A program made the translations under genes and the position numbers. 64,000 nt of DNA from assembly GCF_006345805.1 (NCBI RefSeq), contig NC_043021.1, positions 8,990,001 to 9,054,000 on the forward strand, in the 5' to 3' direction. The notes below the pieces were generated by a model. That model made no database searches. It was not told the DNA's origin and was given only the letters and a program-made list of their open reading frames with translations. Of this stretch, positions 1-16,038 are shown piece by piece (position 1 is the stretch's first letter; every line of letters starts with the position of its first letter). This DNA comes from Octopus sinensis (taxonomy: Eukaryota).

Positions 1-58
1 AACCACTATGCCATGGGGTTACTAACCCGAAGATTACAAGTTGGATTCCAGGCAGTGA

Positions 59-156
<98 letters not shown>

Positions 157-325
157 TTGAAAAATACCTTAGGAATAAAAACCCAGGTTTGAAATTTCCC
201 CAAGACACCTGATGAAGGCTGTAGAGTATATCAACCGAAACATTGTGTTAACAACAAACAAGATGAGGACAAATATCCGTCGAATGTAAATAATGTAAAT
301 AATGTAAATAATGTAAATAATGTGC
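1..325 (+). mobile_element. tRNA-headed, hammerhead-motif retroelement (right arm plus centre); same family as 59894-60411
   Basis: Shares the centre ccactatgcc(c)atgg, the tRNA-like head, the (AAT)n/(AAC)n spacer and GACAC-CTGATGA-AGGCTG...CAACC-GAAA-CATT-GTGTT (204-249); tandem aatgtaaat tail. Confidence 0.75.
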
Positions 326-329
326 GCTA

Positions 330-1000
330 AAACTTTATGTTGCAGTACCCACGCACGTAAGTATTAGTTATGCAACAGAGGGAAAATTTCAAGTTTTTGC
401 ATGAGTTGAAATCTATATGGATGAAAAATAACAAAACTTCTGTTCCCAAATATATTTAAGCAGCTGTGTGTAATATGAGAGCCCTTGGGAGAAATAAGTG
501 TTTCATGTGTGCGCGCATTCCTGCCTGGGAAAGATTTGCAAATTTATTATGACATACTCACATTTCTAATATATAGAAAGGAAGAGCTACTTATGTTTCC
601 CCGACTTAAAATTTGTAATAAATGCAAGCAGCATCGACTGTTCTTGGGCCACATGTTATAAAACAAGGGCGCTTTTATCATTTTTACTCAAAGAACCGGG
701 CGAAATTTAAAACCTAGGAAAGACAAAGCCGGAAAGCGGTTCTGAGGAATGTTACATGGTCTGGCATTTGTGCCTGAAAATGAAGTAAAAGAATGCATGA
801 AATGTTTGAAACATATTCCTGAAGGAATGGTACAGTTGCTTAAATATTTTGATAAGATTTATGTTAAAAGAACTTATGCTTATAGTAGAAAGGACGTTTA
901 ATATATCCGAGCTCTAGATAAGTGCTGTATATTTTAACGCGTTTATAATGTCCGCTGAACTCACTTTGCAAAATGTAAGGCGTTTGTAGTTTAGGGAATA
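330..1000 (+). pseudogene. Decayed MULE (Mutator-like) transposase fragment
   Basis: About 760-865 reads LAFVPENEVKECMKCLKHIPEGMVQLLKYFDKIYV, the typical LAFVP...YF...YV C-terminal MULE segment; no long ORF. Confidence 0.65.
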
Positions 1001-2397
1001 GTAGGAGGTTACAAACGAAACATTTGTTTGTGTCTTCCTCTCTATTGTAAAAAAACATTTCTTAAGCTATGGGTTATTTATAAAAAGGAATTTTCAGGAA
1101 AGGAAGGGTTGCTAAGGGGAAAAAAAAACCAACAAGTAAGAATTACTAAGAAATGACCAACAAGAAAGGATTAATAAGGAAAAAGACTACTAAGAAAGAA
1201 CTAACAAGAGATGATATTGCTAACAAACTGAAGGACAAATGAGTAAGAATTACCAACGAAGAATATAGAAGAAAAGATTGGTAGGAAATGACCGACATGA
1301 AAAGATTGCTGAGAAATGACAGACATTAAATGATTATTAAGAAATAAACAGCAAGAAAGGATCGATAAGGAAATAAAGTATCAAAGGAATGACCCCATCA
1401 CGCCAAGAAAGGGAATGATTAAAAATACAACAAGCGAAGAAGTATTAAGTGGAAGGGATTGAAAATTCATGGCAAGATTATCAGCTACATGATAGACATT
1501 GCGGTTTGCGAGTGAGAGGCGTCGGCTGTTTTAGTCAAACAAACCAAATTCAATGAAACCTGTTCTTAGAAGACAAGTAAACTCGTTAATGAAAGAGAGA
1601 AGCTTATCAACACCCTGCTAGCCAGTTCAACAAACCAATCAACCAATGAATCAGCTAAATCGCCATATTAAACATCACCCCTGCCATCTCTCCGTCTTCT
1701 TCGTCTTATTCTCTGATTCGCTATTGAAATAAAGTGTGGCATAAAAAGAAATTTTCTTCTTTTTTGACTTTTTAAAAAAATTTTTTCAGGTTTTTCGTTT
1801 TTTTTTTAATTTTGTTTTTTTCTAATTTTATTTCATGTTTTGCAAGAAAACTCATTTCCGTCTCGCTTTGTGGAAATACTTTATTTAAAAACGACTGTAA
1901 AAGAAACAAGGATGAACAACAATAACCAAAACAACGGCCAGGACAGAACAACAACAACAACAACAACAGGAGCAACTACAACACTAGTATCGACTCAATA
2001 AACACACAAGAAACAACAACAACAACAACAAAAATTGTCACAACATCACCACCATCGCTACAATAAAAAAGAAAGCCGGCTAAAAACGTTAACATTAACA
2101 ATAACAACGACAACGACAGACAGACAGACAAAAAAAAATAACAACATCAACAACAGACACAGGAATGGCCGTGTGGTAAGAAGATTGCTTCCCAACTACG
2201 TGGATCCGGGTTGAGTCCCACTGCGTGGCAGCTTCGGCGAGTGTTTTTTTTTACTATAGCCTCGGACCAACCAAAGGGCCTTGTGAGTGGAATTTGACCT
2301 CGGCGGAGTCTGAGCTCGCAAACGTAAATAGGAACGAAATAATGCCGGTAAGCATGTTTGCCTGGCGTGCTAACGATTCTGCCAGCTCGCTGCCTTG

Positions 2398-2445
<48 letters not shown>

Positions 2446-2533
2446 TAATAATAATAATAACAACAACAACAACAAAAATAATAACAATAACAACAAAGAT
2501 AATGACAATGATGATGATGATGATGATGATGAT

Positions 2534-2577
<44 letters not shown>

Positions 2578-2653
2578 CAACAACAACAACAACAACAAAA
2601 ATAATAACAATAACAACAAAGATAATGACAATGATGATGATGATGATGATGAT

Positions 2654-2704
<51 letters not shown>

Positions 2705-2715
2705 TGTCTAATAAG

Positions 2716-2850
2716 TGAAGTGGAAGTGCCAGGAGATCTACATATGAAAGAAAGAGAAAAGGTTGATAAATATGGAGACCTGAGAATTGAGATCACTAAG
2801 ATGTGGCAGCTACGAGAGTGGAACATAAAGATTATCCATATATTCGTATA
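2716..2850 (+). pseudogene. Non-LTR retrotransposon restriction-like endonuclease fragment (R4/NeSL-like)
   Basis: KEREKVDKYGDLRIEITKMWQL matches the KE.EK..KY..L..EI...W motif. Confidence 0.65.
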
Positions 2851-3590
2851 TTTTACCCAGTATCACTTTGATGGCATGCACTGCTCTCTCACTCAATATA
2901 ATGATGATGACGATGAATCTTTCTGAATGTTGTTTGTTCCGGTCTCCCGGTTTCCTTGGCGTATAGGTTCTCCACCTGGACGGGACGCCGGTCCGTCGCA
3001 GGTGAGCTGCAAGATGCAGGAGGAAAGGGTGAGAGAAAGTTGTGACGAAAGAGTCAGCAGAAGTTCGCCATTACCTTCTGGCAACAACATTATATGTTTC
3101 CAGAGTATAATGGTATAATAATGTAATGTAGAAGGAATGACACGAATAAAGCAGCTGAAACTATTATGTGTATATAAATGTATAAGGATAGGACATGCAT
3201 GTACCGTGCGAGGAGAGGGAGAAAGGGACAGAGACAAAGAGAGAGGGGGATAGGCAGACAGACAGACAGACAGACAGACAGACCGACAGAGACGAAGACA
3301 GGGATAGAGACGAGAGAGAAACTGAGAGAGAGGAACGGGAAGGTGGATGAAGAAATGAGAGAGGGGGGATGAAATAGACAGAAAGGAGAGGAGAACAGTA
3401 AGGGAGAGATTAGAGCGAGGAGGTAGGAAAGAGAGAGAGAGGGGGATAGACAGACAGACAGAGAGAGACAAAGACAAGGATACAGGCGAGAGAGAAACAG
3501 AGAGGGTAGAACCGGAGGGTGAATGATGAAAAGACAGAGAGAGAGTGTGTGGGAAGGGGGGAACAGACAGAAAGGAGAGGTAGGAGAGAG

Positions 3591-3645
<55 letters not shown>

Positions 3646-3783
3646 GAGGAGACTTGGGAAAGAGCGAGAGAGAGAAGAAAAGTAAATGAGAGCAGAGAAG
3701 AAGAAGAAGAAGAAGAGAAGAAGAAGAAGAAGAAGAAGAAGAAGAAGAAGAAGAAGAAGAAGAAGAAGAAGAAGAAGAAGAAG

Positions 3784-3815
<32 letters not shown>

Positions 3816-5059
3816 GTACAATAGAAAATGGCTGAAAATGTGGCTATGAATCGATGCCAGATTTGTTTCCAGCTTGAGTGGTGCTCTATATTTAATAAAG
3901 GAGACATTGATGCAAAGACCTTCCCAGCCATTTTAGAATTATTCGTGGAATGGGAATCACTACAAAAAAAAAGCAAAACAAAAAACAAAAATAAAAAAGC
4001 AGTAAAAACAACGACTCCAACTGTTATTAATAGTAACCGCGTCTGCTACAAGTTAGAAGGCGTGAAAATCTGCTGAGAAGAGACAAGTCGACTGCGACTG
4101 GTACTTATTTCATGGACCTCCGAAAGGATGACGATTGCCAGTTTAGCATATTTTTTTGCTAGATCTGGCATTTTTTTTTTCGGTATTTAGCAGAAAAATT
4201 TTGAATCTAGCATTTAACAGGGGAAATAGCAAGTTTAAAATTTTATTTAGTATTTTTCTCTGATCATGACATTTCCACAATAGTTACCCTTTTTTCTTCT
4301 TTTTACCCCTTTTCTACTTTCGTTTAAGTATCTTACAGCCAAATTTTAGTACTATCGGCTATTGTTGAATTTTTCTTTCACTTTCTTGAAACTTCAAATG
4401 AAAGTTATCCAAAGGAAATTTATCAAGTTATGACCTTTTCAAGCCCCCTCCCACCCCTCTTGGATACAGAGTGGTGCTTATGGAGTGAGGGGAAGATAAC
4501 CCGTGTCAGCACCTGAATTCACTACACAATGATGTAAATATGTTGCAAAGAATGAGAGCATGGAAATTCGTCCTAACAATGCTTTATTCTGTAGTGATGA
4601 GTTTTATCATGACAGGTTGACTGATTCACTTTCAGTTTGACTGTTTTGACATAAGCCTGTGTTTTTTTTTTCTATGCTTGTTTGGAGTATATATAACAGT
4701 TACAAACGAAAGATACACCGCCGGAAGTTCTTGTTGACAAACAACAGCAGTAATTTTATTCAGCTGAATACACGTCATTGATTGGTTGAAATTACCGAAA
4801 TACGAGAACTTCAACACGAAATAACTTTATAAACATGAACTTTTCTCAAAAACGCTAAGCGTAGAAAGGTGTTTTATATGACACATTCTACCAGTGTCCG
4901 AAGTTTGGAAGTGTTTAGTTACAAAAAAATATTTTTTTAAACTGTAGGTCAAAAGGTAAAGATCCCAATTTTATATTTTTATTAATCATTCAATTTATTT
5001 TCTTGCTTCCCACTATATTATAATGAGCAAAGAAAAAACAAAGTTGTACCAGTAAAAAT

Positions 5060-6520
5060 TCTGAAAGGAATGGCTTAAGATGCCAGGGTTTACTAAGTGG
5101 TTGTGTGAAGTACCTAGTGACCAATCTAAAGCACATTGCAGATATTGCAGATGTAATATGTTGGCAAAATATTCTCTTTTAGTAAACCACTGTGAAGTAA
5201 AAGAAACATAAGGCATCAACTCCACAGCAAATGATTCCTCTTACCAGTTTTATTAAAACCAAAAATGATAAGACATCTATGCTTGAAGCAAATTTAGCAA
5301 TGTCTATTTGTTGCTTCTCATCATTTAATAGCTGTGATCACTTAATAGAGTTATGTAAAAATTATATGTCTGATAGTGATATTATATCCAAAGTGAAGTT
5401 GCATTGTACAAAATGTGCAAATATTGAGAAATGTTCTAGTTCCATATTTTGATGGAGATTTGATTTCTGATATAGGAGAAGATGAAGCCAATGATATATC
5501 GATAAACAAGTTGTTAGGAATTGTTATCATATATTACAGTGACACAAAAAAGTGCTACAATTCTCAGTATGGCATCTTTAGAAACGTGATGCAGATGGCA
5601 TTGTAGAAGCCTTAAAAACTGAATTAGCGAAAAAGAAATTAGATATAAAAAATTTACTGGGTATAGGAACTGAAAATGCTAGAGTAATGACAGGAGTCAA
5701 CAATGGTGTTTTCCAGAAATTAAAAGAAGTTCCATTATTAATTCCATTTAGATGTGTATGTTATTCTTTACAGTTGGCAGTATCCCACATTTGTGCTCAA
5801 TACCTGCCCATAAATTTAGAATTTTTAGTATCCGAAACCTATAAATGGTTCTCTCATTCTTCAACAAGACAAAGTGCCTACAGACAATTTTACCTTGCTA
5901 TCAATGATAAAGAGCCTTTGAAGATTTTGAATTCTTGTACAACTAGGTGGCTGTCAATAGAACCAGCTATAAATAGAATTTTAAGCCAACGGTTTGAATC
6001 GCAAACTCACTTCCAAACTACAACTACAAAAGAAAAATGCTTTACAGCACAAACGTTACATGAAATGTTTTGTGATTCTAGGAAGGAACTTTACCTTTTA
6101 TTTTTGCATCCAATTTTAAAACATGTTCAGGAAGTGAATAAACTGTTTGAATCAAATACTGTCGACAAAACAAAATTACTTGAAGATCTTTCAAATTTGA
6201 TCAAATCTGTTGCTAATATGATAGTGTTGCCAACATGTAGAATTGATCCTCTTGATCCGGATGCTTCTATTGAAAATTTTCTGGATCCTAAACCAAATTT
6301 AGGCTACAAGTTCGAGAGAAAGATAGCAGAAAAGATTATCAATAAGACTGTAATTACAGCCACCGCAGAAAATAATATTCCTCAAAGTGCACAACAATTT
6401 TTACTCTGCTTTTATGAAGAGCTCAAGTATCGTTTGCCAGGAAATATTAATGTACTGAGGAATATCAAATGTTTTCCAGTAGAGAAGAAAAAGAAGCAGT
6501 AAAAGGATTACATTAGATCT
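5060..6520 (+). pseudogene. Decayed hAT transposase (ZNF862/ZBED-like)
   Basis: N-terminal zinc finger WLCEVPSDQSKAHCRYC; GIGTENA (canonical TD), RCVCYSL (canonical CxxH changed to Y), TRWLS; broken by stops and frameshifts across the ORFs at 5231, 5415 and 5687. Possible left end cgattgccagtttagc near 4133. Confidence 0.85.
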
Positions 6521-6559
6521 GTGGTTCCCAAAGTGGGCGGTATTGCCCCTAAAACCAAG

Positions 6560-6900
6560 GACTTGTATGCTGGAGCATTATCCTGATGACACAAAACCCC
6601 TTTTCGCCAGCTCTCTGAGCGTTTAGTCTTCATAGCCTTCATAACTGCCTTTGTACGTTGGCATACGATCCATTGATGGTGTCACACTTTTGAAGATGGC
6701 CAATAAACACAATACCTTTTGTATCTCTCAAAACTAAGGCCATCACCCTTCTGGCTAATGAAACGACTTTTGCCTTCTTTGGAGCAAGTGAGGAGCGATG
6801 TTTCCGCTGTATGGATTGTCTCTTTGTATCTGACTCAAAGGGACGACTCCAACACTCATCCTGAGTTACGAAACGTTTAAAGAAGGAAACAGGCTGGATC
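6560..6900 (-). pseudogene. Mariner transposase fragment
   Basis: PKKAKVVSLARRVMALVLRDTKGIVFIGHLQKCDTING, then GVLCHQDNAP; a mariner catalytic-region signature. Confidence 0.85.
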
Positions 6901-7199
6901 TGCTTCAAACAATGTCAGATTTTCCACATACGCGTATATGTGCACACACATAACATACATGCAAATATACGTATATACAACATAAAAATGCGTATGCGTG
7001 TATGTGGTAAGCGCGTGCCAGGTCATTTCGGAGCAGCTAAGGATGTAAACATAGGACACAGGAAATGTGTCAAGGCCGACAGAAAGCGTTGATGCTTCCT
7101 AGGGCTAAATAGCGGTGGTGTGATCCCCTTCATGGGACTGTCACATTAAGTTGACAGTATACAACTACTCTGTCGTACCACCACTGCTTATATCTCCCT

Positions 7200-9000
<1,801 letters not shown>

Positions 9001-10267
9001 ACACAGACGTTCGCGTGGGAAGATAGCATGCTATATCTTAAAGTAATTTTATTTTAAGCCGGAGCTTTACAAACTGCGACTCTGGGTCTCACATTTTACT
9101 GATTTTTAAGCAATAAATCCACTGAAACAAACAACTTGTCCTATATATTATATACAAATTAATAATCTTCATATATGAGATCAACTTTAGCAACAGAAAA
9201 CTTTTGTTATTTGCTTAGAGTATGTAAGAGCATGAGGCAAAATTATCCGACATGCTCCTGCGAAGCATTTTAGGCGTGGCTGTGAGATCCAATGTTTGCT
9301 TCGCAACCGCTTGGCTCTGGGTTCAGTTCGACTGGGTGACACATTGTCCCAGTGTCTCCTACAAAACTTCGGGCCGACCAAAGCCTTGTGAGTGGATTTG
9401 GTTGACGGGAGTAGAGATAAGCCCTGCTACTTAATTTTAAGCGTGGTGCTTATTTTATCGGTCTTTTTAGCCGAACCGCTACGTTACTGGTGCGTAAACA
9501 CACAACACTGATTGTCAAGCGGTAGAAGGAAGACAAATACAGATAGAAAGGCACACACACACACATATATATTGATAAAAACGGTAAGGTAACAAAAGAA
9601 AGAAAGAGACCTCGATATTATGTAAATAGAGGAATTTATCTGTAAATGTAATATGTAACAATTATTGGGTAGCCATGATAAAATTCCGAGTTTCGGATGC
9701 CGAGGTGGAAATCCACGCCGCCATCTCTTCAGTTATCCGGCCATCGGAAAAAACGCTATGAAAAATGACCGTTATACAAAGGGAAATTACTGTGTGATTG
9801 CCCATTATTAAGACAAAAGAGCTATTCGAATGACCGCTAAGTAAGGGAGTAAAGTAAAGGGGTAAAAAGTTCATAGTATTCGCGTAAGCGCGCCTGTTCA
9901 TACCTACACAAGTGCGCCCGCACAGCTACGTGCTTGCGCTTACATTCATCCACCCTCACTTGAAAACGTACACATCCTCACTGGCATCGTTCGCCAAATG
10001 TATATGCATATACATACAACCCCCCCCCACACACACACACACACGCGCACCGTAAAGGTTCATACACACGTCTACATACGCACAAGCACAAGAAAAAAAC
10101 AGGGTTAAGAGTAACAATACAGAAAAAAAAGGCATAAGGGAGTATACAAAGAGTAAACCACGTCTATATACGCACGTACCCTTATGCACGCACACACACA
10201 TGCCCATATACGCACATACCCGCACACGTCTATATGAAAGTTCCCTTTCGCTCCTATTTTGTGTGTG

Positions 10268-10305
<38 letters not shown>

Positions 10306-10639
10306 TGTGTGTGTGTGTGCGTGTGCGCGCGCGCGTGTGATTTTCCATCATTCCGAATACGAAAATTACATTAGAGATTGGAGCAAGAAATATATGCATA
10401 ATCATAGAATCATAATATCTATTTTAATAGAATTCGTCGTAAATTTTAACCGCATTATATATAACATTATTGAAACTGTATGAAACGGCGACCAATCATG
10501 AATAATGCAGCAAAATTGTAATAACTTTCGATGTACGCTAACTATAGAAGTACCTTGTGGAGGTACGATTATTTGTGGCGGTACGGTGGATCAAAAACAT
10601 CAACAGTCTCAGAAATTAACAATGGACTGTCATTGTCTG

Positions 10640-10960
10640 GAACCAGATTCCAAACGTAATCACCCATCAATGCTTTCATTCCACTATCCTTAATATCGCT
10701 TCTCCACCCTGATGGAATCGTTCACCATGTTCTTCTGACACGGCACCAAGATTCGGTTGGAAGAACTCCAAATGATAATGCAAATACTGGAACTTGAGTG
10801 ACATTTTATATCCTATAATTCTGTGACTTTGATGCCGTTCTTCAATACGAGTTTTGTAATTTTCTGCTATATTGTTGTCCAAAAGGCCATTGACAACGTT
10901 CTTGAATGCATTCGAAGCTCTTTTCTCAACAACTGTCAGTTCTATATCCAATATGCGACG
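10640..10960 (-). pseudogene. DNA transposase C-terminal fragment (HSHLDFFP.NLGAVS.EHGERFHQ type; superfamily uncertain, possibly Sola-like)
   Basis: MSLKFQYLHYHLEFFQPNLGAVSEEHGERFHQ in ORF 10676-10951. Confidence 0.7.
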
Positions 10961-11200
10961 TATGTGACAGGAGTCTTTCGTCTGCCGCTACGTTCTGAGT
11001 TCAAATTCAGCCGAGGTCGACTTTGCCTTTCATCCTTTCGGGGTCGATTAAATAAGTACCAATTACGCTCGGGGGTCGATATAATCGACTTAATCCGTTT
11101 GTCTGTCCTTGTTTGTCCTCTCTGTGTTTAGCCCCTTGTGGGGTAGTAAAGGAAATAGGTATTTCGTCTGCCGTTACGTTCTGAGTTCAAATTCCGCCGA

Positions 11201-11300
11201 NNNNNNNNNNNNNNNNNNNNNNNNNNNNNNNNNNNNNNNNNNNNNNNNNNNNNNNNNNNNNNNNNNNNNNNNNNNNNNNNNNNNNNNNNNNNNNNNNNNN
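11201..11300. other. Assembly gap (100 N)
   Basis: Run of n between two SINE pieces. Confidence 0.99.
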
Positions 11301-11539
11301 ATATGTGTTGGTGGTGTCTGTGTTTCCCCCCCCCCCAACATCGCTTGACAACCGATGCTGGTATGTCTTTTCGTTCCCGTAACCTAGCGGTTCGGCAAAA
11401 GGAGACCGACAGAATAAGTGCTAGGCTTACAACGAATAAGTCCTGGGGTCGATTTGCTCGACTAAAGACGGTGCTCCAGCATGGCCACAGTCACATGACT
11501 GAAACAAAATAAAAGAGCAAAAGAGTAAAAGAGTAATCT

Positions 11540-11670
11540 TCTCGGGCCATGTTGGTAATGCAGCGCTGATGCTTCCAAGCGCACCAATTACAACTGGTAA
11601 CACGTCCACTCTCTTCATTGCCCGAAACCTGCGTATTTTCCACTTCAGATCGTCATAGTTCTTCACTTTA
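11540..11670 (-). pseudogene. Non-LTR retrotransposon REL endonuclease fragment
   Basis: KVKNYDDLKWKIRRFRAMKRVDVLPVVIGALGSI; PVVIGALG is the R2/R4-clade C-terminal motif. Confidence 0.75.
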
Positions 11671-12060
11671 TTATTATCATTATCATTATCATCATCATTA
11701 TTATTATCATTATTATTATCATTACTAAGATGTGAATGGTATTTGTCGCTGCCATAATTCACTGTTTCAGGGTTTTGCTCGTCAGTATGAATTAAGGTTT
11801 TCTTATTGACCAATAATTACTAATCATCTCCCAAATTACATTTTGCATCTTGTGTTTAATGTCATCATTATGGTTGTATGAATAAAACAAAATTACTGCT
11901 ATCTGTCTTGCTATAACGGCTCCAACAACTGATATGGCACTGATCAATTTTTCTTCTCTTTTTTTTTTCCTTATCGATTGAGCGATATTCGCCAGTGAAA
12001 AAAAGAATCATTATCGTCTTTCTCATCTTCCTCATCACCATCATCGTCATTATTACTATT

Positions 12061-12095
<35 letters not shown>

Positions 12096-12439
12096 TATTT
12101 TTATTATCATCATTAAAGCGGTACAGGACGATACGGCATTATACGATATGTAACTCCACGTTATGTATATATATCATATTGCGTTGTATCGTCCGAGATT
12201 GTCCCTACCCTCCCTTTAACCGTTACTCTTTTACTCCTTTACTTGTTTCAGCCGTTTGACTGTGGCCATGCTGGAGCACCGCCTTTTTAGTCGAGCAAAT
12301 CTACCTCAGGACTTATTCTTTGTAAGCCTAGTATTTATTCTATCGGTCTCTTTTGCCTAACTGCTAAGTTACGGGGACGTAAACACACCAGCATCGGTTG
12401 TCAAGCGATGCTGGGGGGAGGACAAACACAAACACATAA

Positions 12440-12477
<38 letters not shown>

Positions 12478-13723
12478 CTATATATATATACACACATATA
12501 TGACGGGTTTCTTTCGGTTTCCGTCTACCAAATCCACTCACAAAGCTTTGCTCGGCCCGAGGCTATAGTAGAAGACACTTGCCCAAGGTGCCACGCAGTG
12601 GGACTGAACCCGGAACCATGTGGTTGGTAAGCAAGCTACTTACCACACAGCCAGTCTTGCGCCTATTAAAGAAAGTTGTTCTTGTTGATGATGATGATGA
12701 TGATTATGATGATGATGCTGTTGTGTTGTTGTTGTTATTAAGGCGGTGAGCGCTGGTAGAACCATTAAGCACGCTGGATGAAATGATGCTTAGCGGTATT
12801 TCGCCCCGTTGCTACATTCTGAGTTTGAAATTTCGCCGGGGTCGACTTTGCTCTTCATCCTTTCGGGTGGGGGCGATGAAATAAGTACCAGTTATGCACT
12901 GGAGTTGATGTAATCGACTGCCCCTTCCCCCACCCTCCCAACCAATTTCAGGCCTTGTGTCTATGCCTTTCATCCTTTCAGTGGGGTCGATGAAATACGT
13001 ACCAATCAAGTGTTTGGGGTCGATTACATCGACAATCCTCCTCCCCCAAATTTCAGGCCTTGTGCCTATAGTAGAAAGGATTATTATTATTATTATCATT
13101 ATTATTATTATTATTATTATTATGAGTGAGCGAGAGAGCAGTGCATGCCATCAAAGTGACACTGAGGTACAAATATACGAAGCCCAATATACCCATCATG
13201 ACCACCCGTTTGACAAGGATACACCAGGCACACGCATCACAACTATATGTGGACAACGTGGTGACCTTGATCCAAGATAAACAGCGCATGAGACTTGCAG
13301 GTGAGGCCCAGTTAGCTTTTTCTTCAGGTCGAGTAGCCCATCCCGATCAAAAGGTCTCTGAATAAGGTTTGTTTAAAGATGATGAACAAAACACTAATTT
13401 TTCCTGAGGTAAATTATTCAAACCCCAAAGACTTCCTCCTAACAAATGGCTATGATGCTCCCCCACTACTTCTGCTCGTGATCAGAGATGCACATATCAT
13501 CAGCCACATGCATCACAACTGAGTTGCCTCCCTCAGCTAAAGATCTCAAAATTGTGCAACCCGACTTTGTTTTCGAGGTTATTTTTGTAGTGAAAAGAGT
13601 TGTTGAGGAAAAAAACCATACTTTATTTAGTAGCCGAAAGATTACTGAATCTTTTGATACCTCATACGTCAAAATCGGCAACTCAGTTTTCAAATCCATA
13701 AGGAACATACGCGCACGCGCACG

Positions 13724-13775
<52 letters not shown>

Positions 13776-13817
13776 GTTTTATTAGATAAGATATATATAT
13801 ACATAGAGAGAGATACA

Positions 13818-13848
<31 letters not shown>

Positions 13849-14295
13849 CTGTGTCACTTAAAGTTTACGTTAGGTCACCAGATGTTTCGAACTTTACAGG
13901 GACATCTTCAGGAGTCATGTGTCTATTGTAATTACTCCAATCATAGTAATTATTCAAATTACTGCGGCCCAACTGTGCCTGTTTCTTATCATTAAGTCTA
14001 CCTGTATAATATTACCGGAGTTTTGTTCTGTCTGTAACACGATACGGCTACACCGAGTTATCTTCTCCTGCCAAGTCCTTCATTTCGTTTTCATCTTTTT
14101 CATTTTTTTTATATTTTACTTCTATATTTCGTTGTTTGTTTTGTTTGTTTTTCTTGAATTTTTCCATATTTTTTTCTGTTTTATTTCGTAATCTTTATTT
14201 TCTCATTTTTTATCGTTTCACTGAAACTTGAGAAAAATTGGTTTCTTTATCTTCCACTTGTTTTTTTTTTTTTTGTCTTTCATCTTTATTATTTA

Positions 14296-14690
14296 CTAGC
14301 AGTATCGCCCGGCGTTGCTCGGGTTTGTAAGGGAAATAACTAGTAAGCATTTTTAGAGAGTTATAGCCAAAAAATAGCAAAAAAATGCATTAAAAATGGA
14401 AAAAAAATGCTGGTAAATTTTTTTTTAAATCGTAGACTCATCGTAGACATTTCTAGAGAGTTACTTCCCTTATATAATAGCGAAAAAATACATTAAAATG
14501 GAAAAAAATGATGGTAAATTTTTTTAAATCGTTGACTCATCGTAGACGCGCGCTAATACCCAGAAGGGCTCGATATGAATCACGACTATAAGATACCCGG
14601 TTTTGGTTAAACTGCACCACAAAATGTGGGAGTAGTTAGGAATCTAAATCGTAGGAGACAGACACACAACCTCTTTTTTATATATAAAGA
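14296..14690 (+). mobile_element. Non-autonomous Helitron/Helentron-like element (other copies 19678-19976, 19977-20491, 30678-31054, 58572-58956)
   Basis: Shared 5' ctagcagtatcgcccggcgttgctcggg hairpin, 3' ...acagacacacaac...tatatataaaga, inserted between A and T without TSD; two copies head-to-tail at 19678-20491. Confidence 0.7.
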
Positions 14691-15039
14691 TTTTCTGATT
14701 TTTATTTGTGTATTTTTTCTTGTATTTCTTGTGATATTGTCCCTTCAAATCTCTGGGGTTTTTTTTTTTTTTTTCAACTTTTACTTGTTTCAGTCACTAG
14801 ACTTCGGTCAAGCTGGGGCATCGCTCTTGATGAACTTTAGTCAAATGAATTGACTTCGGTACTTCCATTTTTTTAAAGCATGGTACTTATTCTATCAGTA
14901 TATTTTGCCGAACCGCTAAGTTACAAGGACGCCAATCGGTGTTGGGGATAAACACAAGGTCAAATGCGCGCGCGCACATACACACATACCCATACATGCA
15001 TACCTACAGATAGATAGAGTGAGAGAAAGAGAGAGTGAG

Positions 15040-15100
<61 letters not shown>

Positions 15101-15160
15101 GCAGACAGACAGACAGACAGACAGGCAGGCAGGCAGACAGACAGACAGACAGACAGATAG

Positions 15161-15241
<81 letters not shown>

Positions 15242-15449
15242 CACGACAGGCTTCTTTCAGTTTCTGTCTACCAGATCCACTCACAAAGCTTTGGCGGCAA
15301 ATCGACCCCGGGACTTATTCTTTGTAAGCCCAGTACTTATTCTATCGGTCTCTTTTTCTGCCGAACCGTTAAGTGACAGGGACGTAAACACACCAGCATC
15401 GGTTGTCAAGCAATGCTAGGGAGACAAACACAGACACACAAAAATACAC

Positions 15450-15480
<31 letters not shown>

Positions 15481-15688
15481 ATTATATATATATCTATATA
15501 TATATATAGACAGGCTTCTTCAGTTTCCGTCTACCAGATCCACTCACAAGGCTTTGGTCGGCCCGAGGCTATAGTAGAATACACTTGCCCAAAGTGCCAC
15601 GCAGTGGGACTGAACCTGGAACCATGCGGTTGGTTAGCAAGCTACTTACCACACAGCCATTCCTGCGCCTATATATTAACAATAAGAA

Positions 15689-15869
15689 TTCATGGATGAT
15701 TTAACGAAATGCTAATGGGTATACTAAAAGTATTTTAACTTTTATTTCTATCAGTGTAAATGTTTCGGTACTCTTTGTCACACTTTCTCCTCTGTGGATT
15801 CACATTGTGCCCGGCTGCTTATATTAATTCTTAGTATACTCATTAGCATTTCGTTAAATCTTCCATGAA
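15689..15869. mobile_element. Small MITE-like element with about 40-bp terminal inverted repeats
   Basis: ttcatggatgatttaacgaaatgctaatgggtatactaa is the reverse complement of ttagtatactcattagcatttcgttaaatcttccatgaa, with 2 mismatches. Confidence 0.65.
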
Positions 15870-16005
15870 CGTGGGAAAAATTCTGTTGCAGTGTTAATTT
15901 AAATTCGGCTATGTTATTTCTAGCAATGTAGGTCACACTTAGTCACTTAGTAATAATTGATTTTTTTTTTGTTATCCATTGCACCTATCTCTTCATATAT
16001 ATATA

Positions 16006-16038
<33 letters not shown>

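Noticed and set aside
5687-6502. Domesticated ZBED/ZNF862-like host gene
   Set aside because: Upstream stops and frameshifts plus altered catalytic-region motifs (TENA, CVCY) indicate a dead transposon.
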